Assembly: GCA_023248095.1 (NCBI GenBank)
Contig: JAHFFF010000002.1
Span: 2,717 to 40,230 of the forward strand
Source of the DNA: Candidatus Omnitrophota bacterium
GTDB lineage: Bacteria; Omnitrophota; Gorgyraeia; 1-14-0-20-64-10
Length of the DNA: 37,514 bases
Direction of reading: 5' to 3'
The notes under the pieces: generated by a model
Told to the model about the DNA's origin: nothing
Databases searched by the model: none
The model's input: the letters and a program-made list of their open reading frames with translations, nothing else
Part shown: piece after piece, positions 36,045-37,514 of the stretch
Layout of the letters: every line of letters starts with the position of its first letter
Numbering within the stretch: the stretch's first letter is position 1
Position numbers and translations under genes: made by a program

Positions 36045-37465
36045 GAAATCCTCTGCCGAGGCGGTTTCGCCTGCTCCCAACGATTCTCTGCGCCATTATC
36101 CTCTCGCTCGGCCTCGCCTTGGTGGCCCTCACCTCCCTGCGAGTATCCCCCGTGTACGGAGTCGCCTCCCCCGCCCGTTCTCTTGCGCTGGTCGCCGGCC
36201 GGACCATGGAGCTACGCCAGGCCTGCCGGCAGATTCCAGCGTGGGAACGCCGGTTCTATCAGATCTACGACTCCACCGTCGGAAGCGCTGAAGAGATCTC
36301 CGACCTTGTGGCTTGGCATCGAGAACTCGCTCCTCTCGTCCGAGACCCAATCACCGTCGCCCATCTAGGGATCCTCGAGGGGGAGACGGCCCAACTCGAC
36401 CTGCTGCGGGGACAAGCCAACCGGTGGAGCGCCCAAGCTCCGGAACCTCTGCGCAGTTTGTCCTTCCTTCTCCAAAACGCCTACCTAGGCGTTCCGCTCT
36501 CCGATCAACCTGAAAGAGTCCTGGCCTTTGTGAAAGAAACCCTGCCGCCTGGCTGGTTCCAAAACCGATTGGAGGAGAGGCTTGCCCGGAACCTGAGCGA
36601 TCTGAAAAGCGTCTCGGCCATTCAGCGCAGCGAAGCGGATCGTTCCCGGCATCTGCTCTGGCGATACCGGTTCATGACCGGCTTGGATCTGGCCATCCTA
36701 TTCGCGTTCGCAGGGGCGCTGCTGCCCTTCATCCGACGCCCTGCCAGCTCCTGGAGATTCAGCACCGCTTCAGTCCCGCCCCGCTGGGACGGGACTGTGG
36801 GCATCACCGTCCTGATTCGAGGATTCGCCTTAGGAATCCTTTTAGGCTTCGTTCCCGGATTGATCGTGAAGGGATCCGACGCCGTCGTGAACCTGATCGC
36901 CTATCTCCTGTGGAGCCTGCCCATCTTGTTCCTGGCGAAGCGCCATCTTTTCAACCCAGACCGCCTTCGTCTGCGCGACGAGTTGGGGATGACCGTTCCC
37001 CCCACAGCTTGGAAGAAGCTGGCGCTGATCATCGTCATCGGCCTGGGAATCGATTCGCTCGGAAGCTGGTTGATAGGAAGAACCGGCGTTCTTCTGCACT
37101 TGCCCAACCATTGGGCGGAGAGTTTTGAACCGGATCTGGCGTGGGGTAATCGGTGGACCGTAGGGGTTAGTCTTTTCGGAATGATCTTGTTGGGTCCTTG
37201 GATTGAGGAGCTGGTTTTTCGCGGACTTATCTATGGGACCTTGCGGAAACGATTTCTCTGGATTCCGGCGGCTCTCCTGAGCGCGGCACTCTTTTCATTC
37301 GTGCACGGCTATGGTCTGTTGGGATTCGTGTCGGTTCTTTGGAGCGGGGTGGTTTACGCCTGGATCTACGAAAAAAGCGGAAGCCTTGTGCCCGGATTCG
37401 CGGTGCACGCGCTCGGGAATCTTTTGTTCTCGCTCAACCTCATCGTGATGTACCGGCTGCCTTAA
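35885..37465 (+). CDS. CPBP-family intramembrane glutamic endopeptidase (CAAX protease/Abi) with a long N-terminal domain; start codon unresolved
   Basis: C-terminal 'WIEELVFRGLIYG', 'FSFVHGY', 'FAVHALGNL'. The ATG at 35885 overlaps the ArsC-like gene by 160 nt. There is no ATG/GTG/TTG between 36044 and the first TM segment ('LLPTILCAIILSLGLALVAL'). Confidence 0.75.
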   Translation: MWRCLPNPGWQAHDLLGYSQPQGSVPGGRPPNSKSDRREGPGFAIETPIPPVVGNPLPRRFRLLPTILCAIILSLGLALVALTSLRVSPVYGVASPARSLALVAGRTMELRQACRQIPAWERRFYQIYDSTVGSAEEISDLVAWHRELAPLVRDPITVAHLGILEGETAQLDLLRGQANRWSAQAPEPLRSLSFLLQNAYLGVPLSDQPERVLAFVKETLPPGWFQNRLEERLARNLSDLKSVSAIQRSEADRSRHLLWRYRFMTGLDLAILFAFAGALLPFIRRPASSWRFSTASVPPRWDGTVGITVLIRGFALGILLGFVPGLIVKGSDAVVNLIAYLLWSLPILFLAKRHLFNPDRLRLRDELGMTVPPTAWKKLALIIVIGLGIDSLGSWLIGRTGVLLHLPNHWAESFEPDLAWGNRWTVGVSLFGMILLGPWIEELVFRGLIYGTLRKRFLWIPAALLSAALFSFVHGYGLLGFVSVLWSGVVYAWIYEKSGSLVPGFAVHALGNLLFSLNLIVMYRLP

Positions 37466-37514
37466 GGACGCTCGACGTGCGGATCGGTAGACAGCCCCCG
37501 GCTGCCCGGCCTGC

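Overview
This window is a densely coded, high-GC bacterial chromosomal segment, and about 33 kb of it is one large cell-surface polysaccharide (EPS or O-antigen type) locus. The locus is built from alternating-strand gene blocks whose genes often overlap by ATGA or GTGA.

Blocks in order:
- **1-11191 (+):** the 3' part of a Wzc-like tyrosine autokinase, a Wzy/ligase-like membrane protein, a GT2, a NodU/CmcH carbamoyltransferase, a GT4-GT9 fusion, an SDR epimerase, a WcaI-like GT4, and a Wzm/Wzt ABC exporter.
- **11157-17912 (-):** three GT4 genes, a CgeB-like GT and an AsnB-type amidotransferase.
- **18009-19690 (+):** a degenerate methyltransferase-like gene, a membrane-anchored beta-propeller-like gene and tRNA-Val.
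- **19705-22193 (-):** two GT4 genes.
- **22303-26328 (+):** tRNA-Asp, then four methyltransferases and a DXD nucleotide-sugar transferase.
- **26290-31552 (-):** a GT2, a roughly 1000-aa fusion (FkbM methyltransferase, unassigned centre, GT2), and a TagF-like glycerophosphotransferase.
- **31640-33594 (+):** gmd and fcl, the GDP-fucose pathway.
- **33640-37465 (+):** apparently unrelated genes: an APC permease-USP fusion, tRNA-Phe, an ArsC-type LMW-PTP and a CPBP protease.

In total I count about 14 glycosyl- or phosphoglycosyl-transferase-type domains and 5-6 methyltransferase domains. I saw no CRISPR array, transposase, integrase, initiating polyprenyl-phosphate sugar transferase or Wzx flippase.

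The candidates I consider most likely to be novel:
- the giant multidomain protein coupled to the TagF-like gene, a possible capping or termination module for the Wzm/Wzt pathway;
- the GT4-GT9 fusion;
- the lower-GC methyltransferase cassette next to tRNA-Asp;
- two paralogous GT4 enzymes that share an identical Cys4 insert.

All functional calls come from motif recognition by eye. No database search was run.
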